From an uncultured Actinomycetota bacterium (GTDB taxonomy: Bacteria; Actinomycetota; Actinomycetes; Mycobacteriales; Mycobacteriaceae), in NCBI GenBank assembly GCA_963798245.1, contig CAWCSO010000012.1, positions 361,358 through 425,357 on the forward strand: 64,000 bases of DNA, read 5' to 3'. Below, in pieces: positions 19,582 to 29,900 of the stretch. How positions within the stretch are numbered: position 1 is the stretch's first letter; the number at the start of each line of letters is the position of its first letter. The translations under genes were made by a program, and so were the position numbers. Below the pieces are notes generated by a model. That model was not told the origin of the DNA, ran no database searches, and saw only the letters and a list, made by a program, of their open reading frames with translations.

Positions 19582-21224
19582 CAGCGAACCCCCACCGGGA
19601 TGGTGTCGTCGGTGGTCGCCGCGGTTGCCACGGTCATCAGGTACCGCTCGATGTCCGACCGGTCGAGGGGTCCGGCGTAGCCGAGGTGGCGGTCGGGTCG
19701 GATCAGGTAGGTCACGGGATGGCGCCGGTAGAGCGCGGCGGCGTCGCGACCGCGGTCGAGCAGTACCGGCACGACGCCGCTGAGCCTGTCGGCGGTCCGC
19801 CAGTCGGTGGTGATCACCAGGGTATCGAGGTTGATTTGCCAGCGGGCGCTCAGATCTGTAGCGAAGCCCCGCGGGTCATCGACCTCGCCGCCGGCGACGA
19901 GCATGGTGTACCCGATGCTCGACACCACGTCGTGCAGGCGAACCGTGCCGTCGGCCACACCGTCGAAGACCGGGTAGTCCGGGAGTCTGTCGCCGGGACG
20001 GAGCCGGCTGCGGCCGACCTGCAGCGCCGGGGTGCCGCGGTAGGTGTGCGCCAGCTGCGAAAGCCGCCGGGCCATCAACGCCCGCGCCCGCGGAGTGGTC
20101 TCGATGGCGCCGAACACCAGGTCGCGCAGAAACCGGCGGGGGTCGGCGCCGAGCAGCATCGCAGAGGCGCCGAGGTGGGTAAAGGTAACGACCTGTTCGG
20201 CCACCCCGTGACGCTCGGTCTCGTAGCTGTCCAGCAACGTGACCGGTGCGCGGCCTGCGCACACCTCGGCCAGCTTCCAGCCGAGGTTGGCGGCGTCGCC
20301 GACGCCGAGGTTGAGGCCCTGGCCACCGAACGGTGTGTGGACGTGCCCGGCGTCGCCGGCCAGGAACACCCGTCCGCGCCGGACATGTGGAGCCTGGCGG
20401 TGGGCCAGGTTGAACGTCCAGAACTGGTCGACCGATTCGACGGTGCCGACGATGCCGGTACGCCGCATCGCCCGCTGCGCATCGGCGATGTCGGGGTCGA
20501 CGAGGTTGCCGTCGTCGTCGTGGCTCTGCGTGTAGGCCAACCGGTAGCGGCGCAGCCCGGGCAGCGGGAACACCCCGTAGATGCCCTCGGTGTCCGCGGA
20601 GAACGTCATCTCGTTGCGTGGCAGCGGCCAGTCGACGACGGCGTCGCACAGCACCCAGTCGTCCGTGTAGTCCGCACCTTCGAACCCCAGACCGAGCAGG
20701 CCGCGCACCGAGCTGTTCACCCCATCGCATCCCACCACCCAGTCGGCGACCACGGTTCGGGGTGCGGATCCCCCGTCGGGGCCGTCGTCGGCCGACATCA
20801 GCGTCGCGGTGACGGTTTCGAGGCCGGCATCCATCCCGGTGAGCGTCCATCCCCGCTCGACGGCGACGCCTGCCGCGGCCAGATGGTCGATCAGGATGTG
20901 CTCGGTTCGGCCCTGGGGAATGTCGACCATGTGTGGGTACGCGGTGTCGCGCATCCCGCGGAAGTCGACGCTGACGCGATCCCGGTAGCCCGACCTCAGC
21001 CGCAGGATGTCCACCCGCTGGCCCTCGTCGACGATGGTGTTCGCGACACCGACGTCGCGGAAACACTCCAGCGCCCGCGCGTGCAGCGCCGCCGCCTTGG
21101 TCGCATCGAGGACACCGGGATGCTTGTCGACGATGCGGAAGTCGACGCCACGTCGATGCAGTTCGGCGGCGAGCATCAGACCTGTGGGGCCGGCGCCGAC
21201 GATGAGGATCTTCGTGCGTGTCAC
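19581..21224 (-). CDS. FAD-dependent aromatic-ring monooxygenase (PheA/TfdB type)
   Basis: GAGPTG, DG, and GDAGHVHTPFGGQGLNLG motifs. Confidence 0.9.
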   Translation of the reverse strand: MTRTKILIVGAGPTGLMLAAELHRRGVDFRIVDKHPGVLDATKAAALHARALECFRDVGVANTIVDEGQRVDILRLRSGYRDRVSVDFRGMRDTAYPHMVDIPQGRTEHILIDHLAAAGVAVERGWTLTGMDAGLETVTATLMSADDGPDGGSAPRTVVADWVVGCDGVNSSVRGLLGLGFEGADYTDDWVLCDAVVDWPLPRNEMTFSADTEGIYGVFPLPGLRRYRLAYTQSHDDDGNLVDPDIADAQRAMRRTGIVGTVESVDQFWTFNLAHRQAPHVRRGRVFLAGDAGHVHTPFGGQGLNLGVGDAANLGWKLAEVCAGRAPVTLLDSYETERHGVAEQVVTFTHLGASAMLLGADPRRFLRDLVFGAIETTPRARALMARRLSQLAHTYRGTPALQVGRSRLRPGDRLPDYPVFDGVADGTVRLHDVVSSIGYTMLVAGGEVDDPRGFATDLSARWQINLDTLVITTDWRTADRLSGVVPVLLDRGRDAAALYRRHPVTYLIRPDRHLGYAGPLDRSDIERYLMTVATAATTDDTIPVGVR

Positions 21225-21236
21225 GACCTTCTCCCT

Positions 21237-21301
21237 AAAACGAGGATTCGTTCTATTTATACTTCGGCCTCTTCTCGAGTGCAAGAGCGGACGTTCGTTT
21301 T
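21237..21301. promoter_or_regulatory. pair of candidate TetR operators in divergent promoter region
   Basis: aaaacgaggattcgttct (21237-21254) and agagcggacgttcgtttt (21284-21301), imperfect palindromes in inverted arrangement. Confidence 0.6.
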
Positions 21302-21312
21302 ATAGTGTTCTC

Positions 21313-21933
21313 ATGCCCAGGGTCAGCGCGGACTACCTGCTCGCCCGTCGTGAGCAGATCCTCGCCGCGGCCGCGACGCGGTTCGCGCGGGAGGGCTTCC
21401 ATCGCACGTCGATGCAGGACGTCATCGACGAGGCGGGCTTGTCACCGGGGGCGGTCTACCGCTACTTCGCGAGCAAGGACGAGATCATCGTCGCGATATC
21501 GCTGGACGCGATGGGAATGGTGGAAGCCGCCGCGCGGGACGCGCTTGCGGCCGACCATCCGCTGCCCCGCTTGGTCGGTGAACTCGTTCAGGCCCTGATG
21601 CTGCAGACCCAGGCCGACGACCGAATGCGCCTGGCCGTGCAAGCGTGGGGTGAGGCACTGCGCAACCCGACGCTCGCCGAAGCGATGCAACGCGGGCTGG
21701 TCGGAGTCCGCGCCGCGTTACGCGACCGCATCGGCGCCGGGCGTGACCGCGGTGAGATGGCCGCCGACATGGACCCCGCCGCAGCCGCCAACGTCGTGCT
21801 GGCGATGGTGCAGGGTTTCATCCTGCAGCACTGCTGGGACCCTGGCCTCGATTCCGAGAGCTACGGCAGGGCGGCCGCGATGTTGGTCGGCCAAGTGCAC
21901 TCAACCACGCAACGGTCTCGGCCCGGATCGTGA
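21313..21933 (+). CDS. TetR/AcrR family regulator
   Basis: TSMQDVIDEAGLSPGAVYRYFASKDE HTH. Confidence 0.92.
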   Translation: MPRVSADYLLARREQILAAAATRFAREGFHRTSMQDVIDEAGLSPGAVYRYFASKDEIIVAISLDAMGMVEAAARDALAADHPLPRLVGELVQALMLQTQADDRMRLAVQAWGEALRNPTLAEAMQRGLVGVRAALRDRIGAGRDRGEMAADMDPAAAANVVLAMVQGFILQHCWDPGLDSESYGRAAAMLVGQVHSTTQRSRPGS

Positions 21934-22027
21934 CCGTCGCCGGTCTCGGCAGGGCCAAGCGCCACCGGTAGGCGAACCGGCCACCCCCGGAACCACCAGG
22001 GTGTCGACCCCGACCGGCACAGGCCGG

Positions 22028-22071
22028 GGAACAAAGCCGCCCGCCCAAGGGTTGAGCGCATCAGATTCAAC
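22028..22071 (+). promoter_or_regulatory. SigH-type promoter overlapped by HspR HAIR operator upstream of lon
   Basis: GGAAC-N18-GTTG (22028-22054); GTTGAGC-N7-ATTCAAC (22051-22071) vs HAIR CTTGAGT-N7-ACTCAAG. Confidence 0.72.
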
Positions 22072-22083
22072 TTTGGAGGTTTG

Positions 22084-24417
22084 ATGTCAGAAACGACGAC
22101 AGCGGTGGCCGTGCCCGTCCTGTTCCTGAGTGAGCCGATCGTGCTTCCCGGCATGGTCGTTCCGATCGAACTCGATGACGCCGCCCGCGCCGCGGTGGAC
22201 GCCGCGCAGGCCAGTGAGAGCGGAAAGCTGCTCATCGCGCCGCGGCTCGACGACCGCTACCCCACGTACGGCGTGATCGCGTCGATCGTTCAGATAGGGC
22301 GGGTCGCCGGAGGCGGTGCTGCCGCCGTCGTGCGTGGCGAGCGGCGCGCACACATCGGCACCGGGACGACGGGTCCGGGTGCTGCGCTGTGGGTCACCGT
22401 GAATGAAGTGGCCGAGTCCGAAACCGACGACGCCACTACGGCCCTGGCCGCCGAGTACAAGAAGCTGCTACTGGCGATGCTGCAGCGTCGTGAGGCGTGG
22501 CAGATCGTCGACGTGGTCAACAAGATCACCGATCCGTCGGCGCTGGCCGACACCGCCGGCTACGCGTCCTACCTGACCGACGTGCAGAAGCGCGAGCTGC
22601 TCGAGACCGAGGACGCGGGCGCGCGGCTGCGGGTGCTCATCGACGTGACCACCGACCACCTGGCCGAGACCGAGGTCAACGACAAGATCGCCGACGACGT
22701 CCGCTCCGGCATGGACAAGCAACAGAAGGAATTCCTGCTGCGCCAGCAGCTCGCCGCCATCCGCAAGGAGCTCGGCGAGGGTGAACCCGACGGGTCCGAC
22801 GACTACCGGTCCAGAGTCGAGGCCGCCGACCTGCCGGAGAAGGTGCGCGAGGCTGCGCTGCGCGAGGTCGGCAAGCTCGAGCGGGCCAGCGAGCAGAGCC
22901 CCGAGGGTGGCTGGATCCGCACCTGGCTGGACACCGTGCTGGACCTGCCGTGGAACGTCACCACCGAGGATTCCGCGGACCTCTTGGCCGCCAGGGAGAT
23001 CCTGGACGCCGACCACCACGGCCTCGACGACGTCAAGGACCGCATCGTCGAGTACCTCGCCGTGCGGGCGCGTCGCGCCGAGCGTGGGATGTCCGTCGTG
23101 GGTGGCCGTGGCTCGGGTGCCGTGATGGTGCTCGCAGGCCCTCCCGGGGTCGGCAAGACATCGCTCGGCGAATCCGTCGCACGGGCGCTGGGACGCACGT
23201 TCGTTCGCGTCGCGCTCGGCGGCGTGCGTGACGAGGCCGAAATCCGTGGCCATCGTCGCACCTACGTCGGCGCGCTACCCGGACGCATCGTGCGGGCCAT
23301 CGGCGAGGCGGGGTCGATGAACCCGGTCGTGCTGCTCGACGAGATCGACAAGGTTGGCTCGGACTACCGGGGCGACCCCAGCGCGGCGTTGCTCGAGGTG
23401 CTGGATCCGGCACAGAACCACACGTTCCGCGACCACTACCTGGATCTCGACCTGGACCTGTCCGACGTCGTGTTCCTGGCCACCGCCAACGTCATCGAGA
23501 ACATTCCGTCGGCACTGCTGGACCGGATGGAGCTGGTGACGATCGACGGGTACACCGAGGACGACAAGGTCGCCATCGCCCGTGACTACCTGCTCCCCCG
23601 GCAGTCCGAGCGCGCCGCGTTGACGGTCGACGAGGTCACGGTGACCGATGCCGCGCTGCGCAAGATCGCGGCCGACTACACCAGGGAGCCGGGCGTGCGT
23701 CAGTTCGAGCGGCTGCTGGCCAAGGCACTGCGCAAGGCCACCACGAAGCTGGCCGCAGGCGACGTGAACGAGGTGACCATCGACGAACCGGATCTGGTTG
23801 CCTACCTGGGACGTCCGCGGTTCACGCCGGAATCCGCCGAACGCACCGCTGTGCCGGGCGTGGCGACGGGGTTGGCCGTCACCGGCCTCGGCGGCGACGT
23901 GCTCTACATCGAGGCGAACGGCAACGCGGGCGAACCCGGGCTGAAGTTGACCGGCCAGCTGGGTGACGTGATGAAGGAGTCCGCGCAGATCGCGCTGTCC
24001 TACGTCCGAGCGCACGCCGAGCAGTTGGGCGTCGACCCCGCGACGCTCGACAGGCAGATCCACGTGCACGTGCCCGCGGGTGCGGTGCCCAAGGACGGTC
24101 CGTCGGCAGGGGTCACGATGGTCACCGCGCTGGTGTCCATGGCGACGGGTCGCCAGGTCCGGGCCGACGTCGGCATGACGGGTGAGGTCACCCTCAACGG
24201 CCGGGTGCTACCCATAGGCGGGGTCAAGCAGAAGCTGCTGGCCGCGCAACGGGCAGGGCTGTCAACGGTTTTCATCCCGCAGCGCAACGAGCCCGATCTG
24301 GACGACGTGCCGGCCGAGGTGCTCGGCGCGTTGGAGGTCAAGCCGATGACGGACGTCGCCGACATCGTGGCGCTGGCTCTCGAGCCCGCGGCCCAGGAGT
24401 CGACTCGAGTCGCCTGA
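22084..24417 (+). CDS. lon: ATP-dependent protease La
   Basis: GPPGVGKTS, GHRRTYVG pore loop, PKDGPSAG catalytic Ser, GGVKQK catalytic Lys. Confidence 0.97.
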   Translation: MSETTTAVAVPVLFLSEPIVLPGMVVPIELDDAARAAVDAAQASESGKLLIAPRLDDRYPTYGVIASIVQIGRVAGGGAAAVVRGERRAHIGTGTTGPGAALWVTVNEVAESETDDATTALAAEYKKLLLAMLQRREAWQIVDVVNKITDPSALADTAGYASYLTDVQKRELLETEDAGARLRVLIDVTTDHLAETEVNDKIADDVRSGMDKQQKEFLLRQQLAAIRKELGEGEPDGSDDYRSRVEAADLPEKVREAALREVGKLERASEQSPEGGWIRTWLDTVLDLPWNVTTEDSADLLAAREILDADHHGLDDVKDRIVEYLAVRARRAERGMSVVGGRGSGAVMVLAGPPGVGKTSLGESVARALGRTFVRVALGGVRDEAEIRGHRRTYVGALPGRIVRAIGEAGSMNPVVLLDEIDKVGSDYRGDPSAALLEVLDPAQNHTFRDHYLDLDLDLSDVVFLATANVIENIPSALLDRMELVTIDGYTEDDKVAIARDYLLPRQSERAALTVDEVTVTDAALRKIAADYTREPGVRQFERLLAKALRKATTKLAAGDVNEVTIDEPDLVAYLGRPRFTPESAERTAVPGVATGLAVTGLGGDVLYIEANGNAGEPGLKLTGQLGDVMKESAQIALSYVRAHAEQLGVDPATLDRQIHVHVPAGAVPKDGPSAGVTMVTALVSMATGRQVRADVGMTGEVTLNGRVLPIGGVKQKLLAAQRAGLSTVFIPQRNEPDLDDVPAEVLGALEVKPMTDVADIVALALEPAAQESTRVA

Positions 24418-24425
24418 CCGACCAT

Positions 24426-24481
24426 CGAACGTGACGCTGGAGTCACCCCGGACCCCGGGCGTGACTCCAGCGTCACGCTCG
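24426..24481. repeat. REP-like palindrome / possible terminator after lon
   Basis: cgaacgtgacgctggagtcac...gtgactccagcgtcacgctcg near-perfect 21-bp arms. Confidence 0.75.
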
Positions 24482-24506
24482 CGAATGCGGGCCTAGACTC
24501 CTGACC

Positions 24507-24839
24507 GTGGCCTACGACGAGGACCTCGCCAACCGCATCCGCGAAGTTCTCGCCGGGGAGAAGGGCCTCGCCGAGAAGAAGATGTTCGGCGGCCTGGCGT
24601 TCCTGATCGGTGGCAACATGTCGGTCGTCGCGAGCGGTCGAGGCGGACTCATGGTGCGCGTTCCACGGGACGAGACCGAAGCGCTGCTGACCCGCGCCCA
24701 CGTCGAACCCGTGGTGATGGCGGGCCGCGAGACGCGGGGTTGGGTGCGGGTCACCGCCGCCGGCGTCAAGACCACCCGTCAACTGCAGTCGTGGGTGGCC
24801 CGCGGCGTCGAGTACGCCCAGGGCCTGCCAGCCAAGTAG
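24507..24839 (+). CDS. TfoX/Sxy N-terminal domain protein
   Basis: MAYDEDLANRIR..EKKMFGGLAFL..LMVRV..GWVRV. Confidence 0.85.
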   Translation: MAYDEDLANRIREVLAGEKGLAEKKMFGGLAFLIGGNMSVVASGRGGLMVRVPRDETEALLTRAHVEPVVMAGRETRGWVRVTAAGVKTTRQLQSWVARGVEYAQGLPAK

Positions 24840-24941
24840 CAGGCGTTTGTGGTGGCTCCCACCGGGTAACCGCTTCCTCGAGGCCGTCCGCGGCGCCCGG
24901 TGCGCGCGTCGCTGGACCCCGAGACGAGAAGGAGCAGATGT

Positions 24942-26168
24942 ATGTCGACCACACCCACGTTCATCATCGCCGGCGGCGGTCTGGCCGGCGCCAAGGCCGC
25001 AGAAGCGCTGCGGGACAATGGTTTCAAGGGTCAGGTGGTGCTCATCGGGGCAGAGGATCATCTGCCCTACGAGCGCCCTCCCCTGTCCAAGGACTACCTG
25101 TCCGCGAAGAAGGGTCTCGACGACTTCACCGTCGAAGACGCCGACTGGTACCGCGACAACGACGTCGAACTGCGCCTCGGCACCGAGGTGACGGGCATCG
25201 ATCCGGCATCGCACACCGTCAAGCTGGCGGACGGCGAGTCCCTGCCCTACGACAAGCTGCTGTTGGCGACCGGCTCGAGATCCCGCAGGCCCTCGATTCC
25301 CGGCGCGGACGCCGCCGGGGTGCACTACCTTCGCACTGTCGAGGACGCCGACGAACTCCTGGGATCGCTCACCGAAGGGGCGACGCTCGCCGTGGTGGGC
25401 GCCGGCTGGATCGGTCTGGAGGTCACCGCCGCGGCCCGTGAGCGCGGCGTTCGGGTCACGGTGGTGGAGAGCGCCGAACTGCCACTGCTGTCGGCACTCG
25501 GTCGCGAGGCGGCCGAGGTGTTCGCCCAACTGCACCGCGATCACGGCGTCGACCTGCGTCTGCAGGCCTCGGTGGAGGCCATCACCACCGATGGCGGGCG
25601 CGCGACGGGGTTGACCCTCGCCGATGGGTCGTCTGTCACCGCCGACGCCGTCCTGGTGGCCGTCGGCGCCGCGCCCAACATCGAACTGGCCGAATCTGCG
25701 GGGTTGCAGACGGCTGACGGCGGCGTGATGGTCGATGCGTCGCTGCGGACCAGTGATGACGACGTCTACGCGGTCGGCGACATCGCGGCCGCCGAGCATC
25801 GGTTGCTGCGCACCAGGATCCGCACCGAGCACTGGGCCAACGCGCAGAAGCAGCCGGCGGTTGCGGCAGCCGGGATGATGGGCGACCCGCGCTCATACGA
25901 CGAGCTGCCCTACTTCTACACCGACCAGTACGACCTCGGGATGGAGTACGTGGGGCACGCCCCCGACTACGACCGGGTCGTCTTCCGGGGTGATGTCCCC
26001 GGCCGCGAGTTCACCGTGTTCTGGCTGGACGCCGGCCGCCGGGTGCTGGCGGGCATGAACGTCAACGTGTGGGAGGGGCTCGACGACATCAAGGACCTGG
26101 TTCGCGCCCGGACTCCGGTGAATCCCGACCGGCTCGCCGACCCCGAGGTGCCACTGACCGAGGTCTGA
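24942..26168 (+). CDS. NAD(P)/FAD-dependent ferredoxin reductase-like oxidoreductase (Rv1869c-like)
   Basis: GGGLAG, PYERPPLSK, GAGWIGLE, EHWANA, FYTDQYD. Confidence 0.9.
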   Translation: MSTTPTFIIAGGGLAGAKAAEALRDNGFKGQVVLIGAEDHLPYERPPLSKDYLSAKKGLDDFTVEDADWYRDNDVELRLGTEVTGIDPASHTVKLADGESLPYDKLLLATGSRSRRPSIPGADAAGVHYLRTVEDADELLGSLTEGATLAVVGAGWIGLEVTAAARERGVRVTVVESAELPLLSALGREAAEVFAQLHRDHGVDLRLQASVEAITTDGGRATGLTLADGSSVTADAVLVAVGAAPNIELAESAGLQTADGGVMVDASLRTSDDDVYAVGDIAAAEHRLLRTRIRTEHWANAQKQPAVAAAGMMGDPRSYDELPYFYTDQYDLGMEYVGHAPDYDRVVFRGDVPGREFTVFWLDAGRRVLAGMNVNVWEGLDDIKDLVRARTPVNPDRLADPEVPLTEV

Positions 26169-26278
26169 GCGGGTCCTGAATACGGCCCACCCGTGCCCGC
26201 GGGCGCCCACCGCGTAGGTAACAATGGGTCCATCTCGACGGGCAGCGATCATCTCGACGGGCAGGAAGGAAGGTTGGC

Positions 26279-26911
26279 GTGAGCGTGGCCGCCGACGAAC
26301 TCACGGGTACCGAACAGGCCGTTCTCCTCGTCCTGATGGCCGAGTCCCGGCCGGTCGCCAATCCCGAACTCGAACGGCTCGGGCCGAAGCTGGACAAGCC
26401 CGCACGTGACCGGCTGAACCGGCTCGGGCTGATCGAGACGACGCCTGGCAGACCGCTGGTGCACGAACTCACCGACGCCGGCTGGGCGTTGTGCCGCGAA
26501 GTCATCGGAGCCGACGTTCCGGCCCGCGCCTCGGGTCAGGGCAAGGCGCTCTACACCCTGCTCAAGGCACTGGGACGGTACTTCGGCCGTGCCGACCTCT
26601 CGCCGTCGGACGTTTTCCTGCCCGCCGGCGATCTGCCTCCATCGGGCGGGCCGGACATGCAGGTTCGCATCCGGCGTGCCTACGCCGATCTCACTCCCAA
26701 GCCTGGCGGTTGGGTCGGGCTGCTGGGTCTGCGCGGCGCGCTGTCCGACGTCGCTCGCGGCGACCTCGACGCCGCCCTGGTGACGCTGCACCGGGCCGCC
26801 GACGTCAGTCTCATCCCGGAGGAGAATCAGAAGACCCTCACCGACGCCGAGCACGCCGCCGCCGTGCGCGTCGGGAACCAGGACCGACACCTGATAGCGA
26901 TCCAGCCCTAG
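26279..26911 (+). CDS. hypothetical protein, probably two winged-helix-like domains
   Basis: RLNRLGLIETT..VHELTDAGW wing motif; RBS ggaaggaagg; stop overlaps next start (TAGTG). Confidence 0.7.
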   Translation: MSVAADELTGTEQAVLLVLMAESRPVANPELERLGPKLDKPARDRLNRLGLIETTPGRPLVHELTDAGWALCREVIGADVPARASGQGKALYTLLKALGRYFGRADLSPSDVFLPAGDLPPSGGPDMQVRIRRAYADLTPKPGGWVGLLGLRGALSDVARGDLDAALVTLHRAADVSLIPEENQKTLTDAEHAAAVRVGNQDRHLIAIQP

Positions 26912-29900
26912 TGGATTCTGCACAACGCGAGGCGCTGGCCGGCCTGAGACTAACCTGGGCGCCCACGGCCGACGACCTCTGGCACTCGCAGAGTTCGGTG
27001 CATGTTCGCGGCCTAAACGACTTCGCGCTCGACGACGTGCACGCTGCATTCACCGACGCCGCGCGCCATCCCGAGTCCAACCCATTGGGCGTGGTCATCC
27101 GGGGGCCCGCCGGTTCGGGCAAGACGCACCTGCTCGGACAGGTTCGCGAACGTGTGCAGGCCGAGGGCGGTTACTTCCTGCTGGTCGAACTGCTCGACGC
27201 CGCTAGTTTCTGGCAGTCCGCCCGTGGGGGCGTGTTGGAGAGCCTGGGTCGGCCAGGCGGAGAACGGGACACCCAGCTCAAGGATCTGTTGTGGGAACTC
27301 TCGACCATCGCTCACGTCAGCCGCGCCGACCGGCGGGCGATCGTCGGCGACGTCGACGTGACGCCCGACATCCTCGAGCGATTCATCGCCGCACTGCACC
27401 GCCAGCGCCGCCCCGTGATTCGCGAGACTCACCACACCCTTCGGGCGCTGGTGCTGCTCGGTGCCGGCGAGCTGACGCTGCAGGACGTGGGTCAGGCGTT
27501 TCTGAATGGCAACGACCTCGGTGATGCCGATCGGACCACCTGGCGGCTGCCGTCGCCGACGATGACCGCGCAGGAGTCGGTGCGCCACCTCTCGAGGATC
27601 GTCGCACTGGCGGGCCCCGCAGTGCTCGCGATCGATCAGATCGACACGCTGCTGGCGCAGTCGTCCGATAGCACGGCGACCGGCGACCGCGCCGACAACC
27701 GCGATCTCGAACAGGTCGCGCACGGACTCATGTCGATCCGACAGACGATGCGCCGCACTCCCGCGGTGGTCGCCTGCCTGCCGAGCGCCTGGGAGTCCAT
27801 CGAATCCCGGGCGACGGCATCCGTCGCAGACCGGTTTCGCGTGACGGCGCCACTGCGTCCGCTGCCGAGCGCTGAACTCGGCCGCGCGATTCTGGAACGC
27901 CGGTTCACGTCGAGCTATCGTGTCACGGGATTCACTCCGCCGTACCCGAGCTGGCCCATTCTGCCGAAAGCCTTCGCAGAGGCGCCGCAGTTCACTCCCC
28001 GGGAGCTTCTGAAGCGCGCGGACGCTCACATCCGCCGTTGCCTCGATCTGGATGCCGTCGCCGAACTCGACACGCTCACCGGTCAAGACGACGTGTTCGC
28101 GGGGACCGACCACTCGCCGCAAGCCCCGTCCAGCGAACTCGACGCCCGGTTCGACGACTACCGTAGGCGGGCAGTTCCGGTCGCGGCCCTGGATCCGGAA
28201 GGCGAGGACACCACCGCGCCGGCGCTGCTGTCGGCGGCGCTGGACGCATGGATCGCCGAGCGCGGAACCGACCAGGCGTTCCGACTCGACCCGCCCCCCG
28301 GCAGTCGCGTGGTGTTGCACGCACGGCTGCGGCAGAGTCTGGACCCCTTGACCGACGACGAGCGGCACTGGGCGTTTCGGGCGATCGCGGCCACCAACGC
28401 GGTCGCTGCCCAGAATCGGATCAAGAACGCCTGCAACGCAGCGGGATTCGGGCCCAAGAGGCAGCTCTTCCTGCTGCGCAACGCGCCGTGGCCTACCGGG
28501 CCGAAGACCGCCAAGCTCGTCGAGGAGTTCGAGGCGGCCGGCGGGCGCACGGTGGCCGTGTCCGACGACGACCTGCGCACCATGTCGGCGCTACGGGACT
28601 TGATGGACGACGACGATCCCGGGCTCGTGGACTGGCTGACCGTACGCAGGCCGGCCCATGGCCTCGCCGTGTTCCGAGACGCCCTGGGTGATCTGGTCGG
28701 AGAGTCGTCGCCGGTTCACGAATCCGCCCCTGCCGCGGAGTCCGTCGCCGCGGAAGCCCCTCCGCGACCGCACTATCCACCCGTAGCGGATACCCCGAAC
28801 GCGGTGCCGCTGGGGATCGAACTGCACTCCGATCGCACGCTGTCGGTGGACCTGTCCGCGCTGCGCAAGCACACCGTGATCTTCGCTGGGTCGGGTTCGG
28901 GCAAGACCGTGCTGATCCGGCGCCTGGTCGAGGAGTGCGCCCTTCGCGGTGTGTCCTCGATCGTGCTCGACCCGAACAACGACCTGTCCCGGCTGGGCAT
29001 CGCGTGGCCTCGGCGTCCGGACGGTTGGAACGATGGCGACGACCAGCGGGCTCAGGAGTACCTCGACAACACCGAAGTGGTGGTGTGGACGCCGCGGCGC
29101 GACGCGGGACGGCCGCTGTCCTTTCAGCCCCTTCCGGACTTCCCGGCCGTCGTCGATGACCGCGACGAGTTCTCCGACGCCGTGGAGTCGGCGGTGGCCG
29201 CGCTCGAACCGCGGGCGCTGATCTCTGGAAACACGCCCAAGGCCAACAGGTCCCGCGCGGTACTGCGCGAGGCGCTGTCCTATTACGGTGGACACCGGTC
29301 GACGACGCTGCAGGGGTTCATCGACCTGCTCGGCCATCTGCCGTCGGACGTTAGCGGACTGTCCGACGGCACCAAACTGGCGGCTGAACTTGCGCAGAAT
29401 CTGCGTGCGGCGACCATCAACGATCCCCTGTTCGGAGGCGGCGGCACGCCCGCCGATCCCGGGGTGCTGTTGACCCCGACGGCTGGGCGACGGGCCAGGG
29501 TCTCGGTGATCAGCATGGTCGGTCTGACCAGCGCAGAGCAGCGGGAGGGGTTCGTCAATCAGTTGCAGATGGCGTTGTTTGCCTGGATCAGGCAACATCC
29601 CGCCGGTGAACGTCCCCTCGGCGGACTCCTGGTGATGGATGAGGCGCAGAACTTCGCCCCGTCCGGTCGCGCGACGACGTGCCTGCAGAGCACCTTGGCC
29701 TTGTCGTCACAGGCACGCAAGTATGGTCTCGGCCTCGTCTACGCCACCCAGGCGCCTCGCGGACTGCACAACCACGTGCCCGGCAACGCGGCCACGCAGT
29801 TCTACGGATTGCTGAACGCTCCCGCGCAGATCGCGGTCGCCAAGGAGATGGCCCGCGTCAAGGGCGGCGAGGTGCCCGACATCAGCAAGCTGCAGGCCGG

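Noticed and set aside
24000-25832. Large antisense ORFs (also 19686-21305, 33023-34732, 51286-55147)
   Set aside because: They lie opposite well-supported genes and are typical GC-rich shadow frames.
26491-26910. 140-aa N-terminal extension of the double ATPase
   Set aside because: Overlaps the upstream gene out of frame with Arg-rich non-coding composition; GTG at 26911 is the coupled start.
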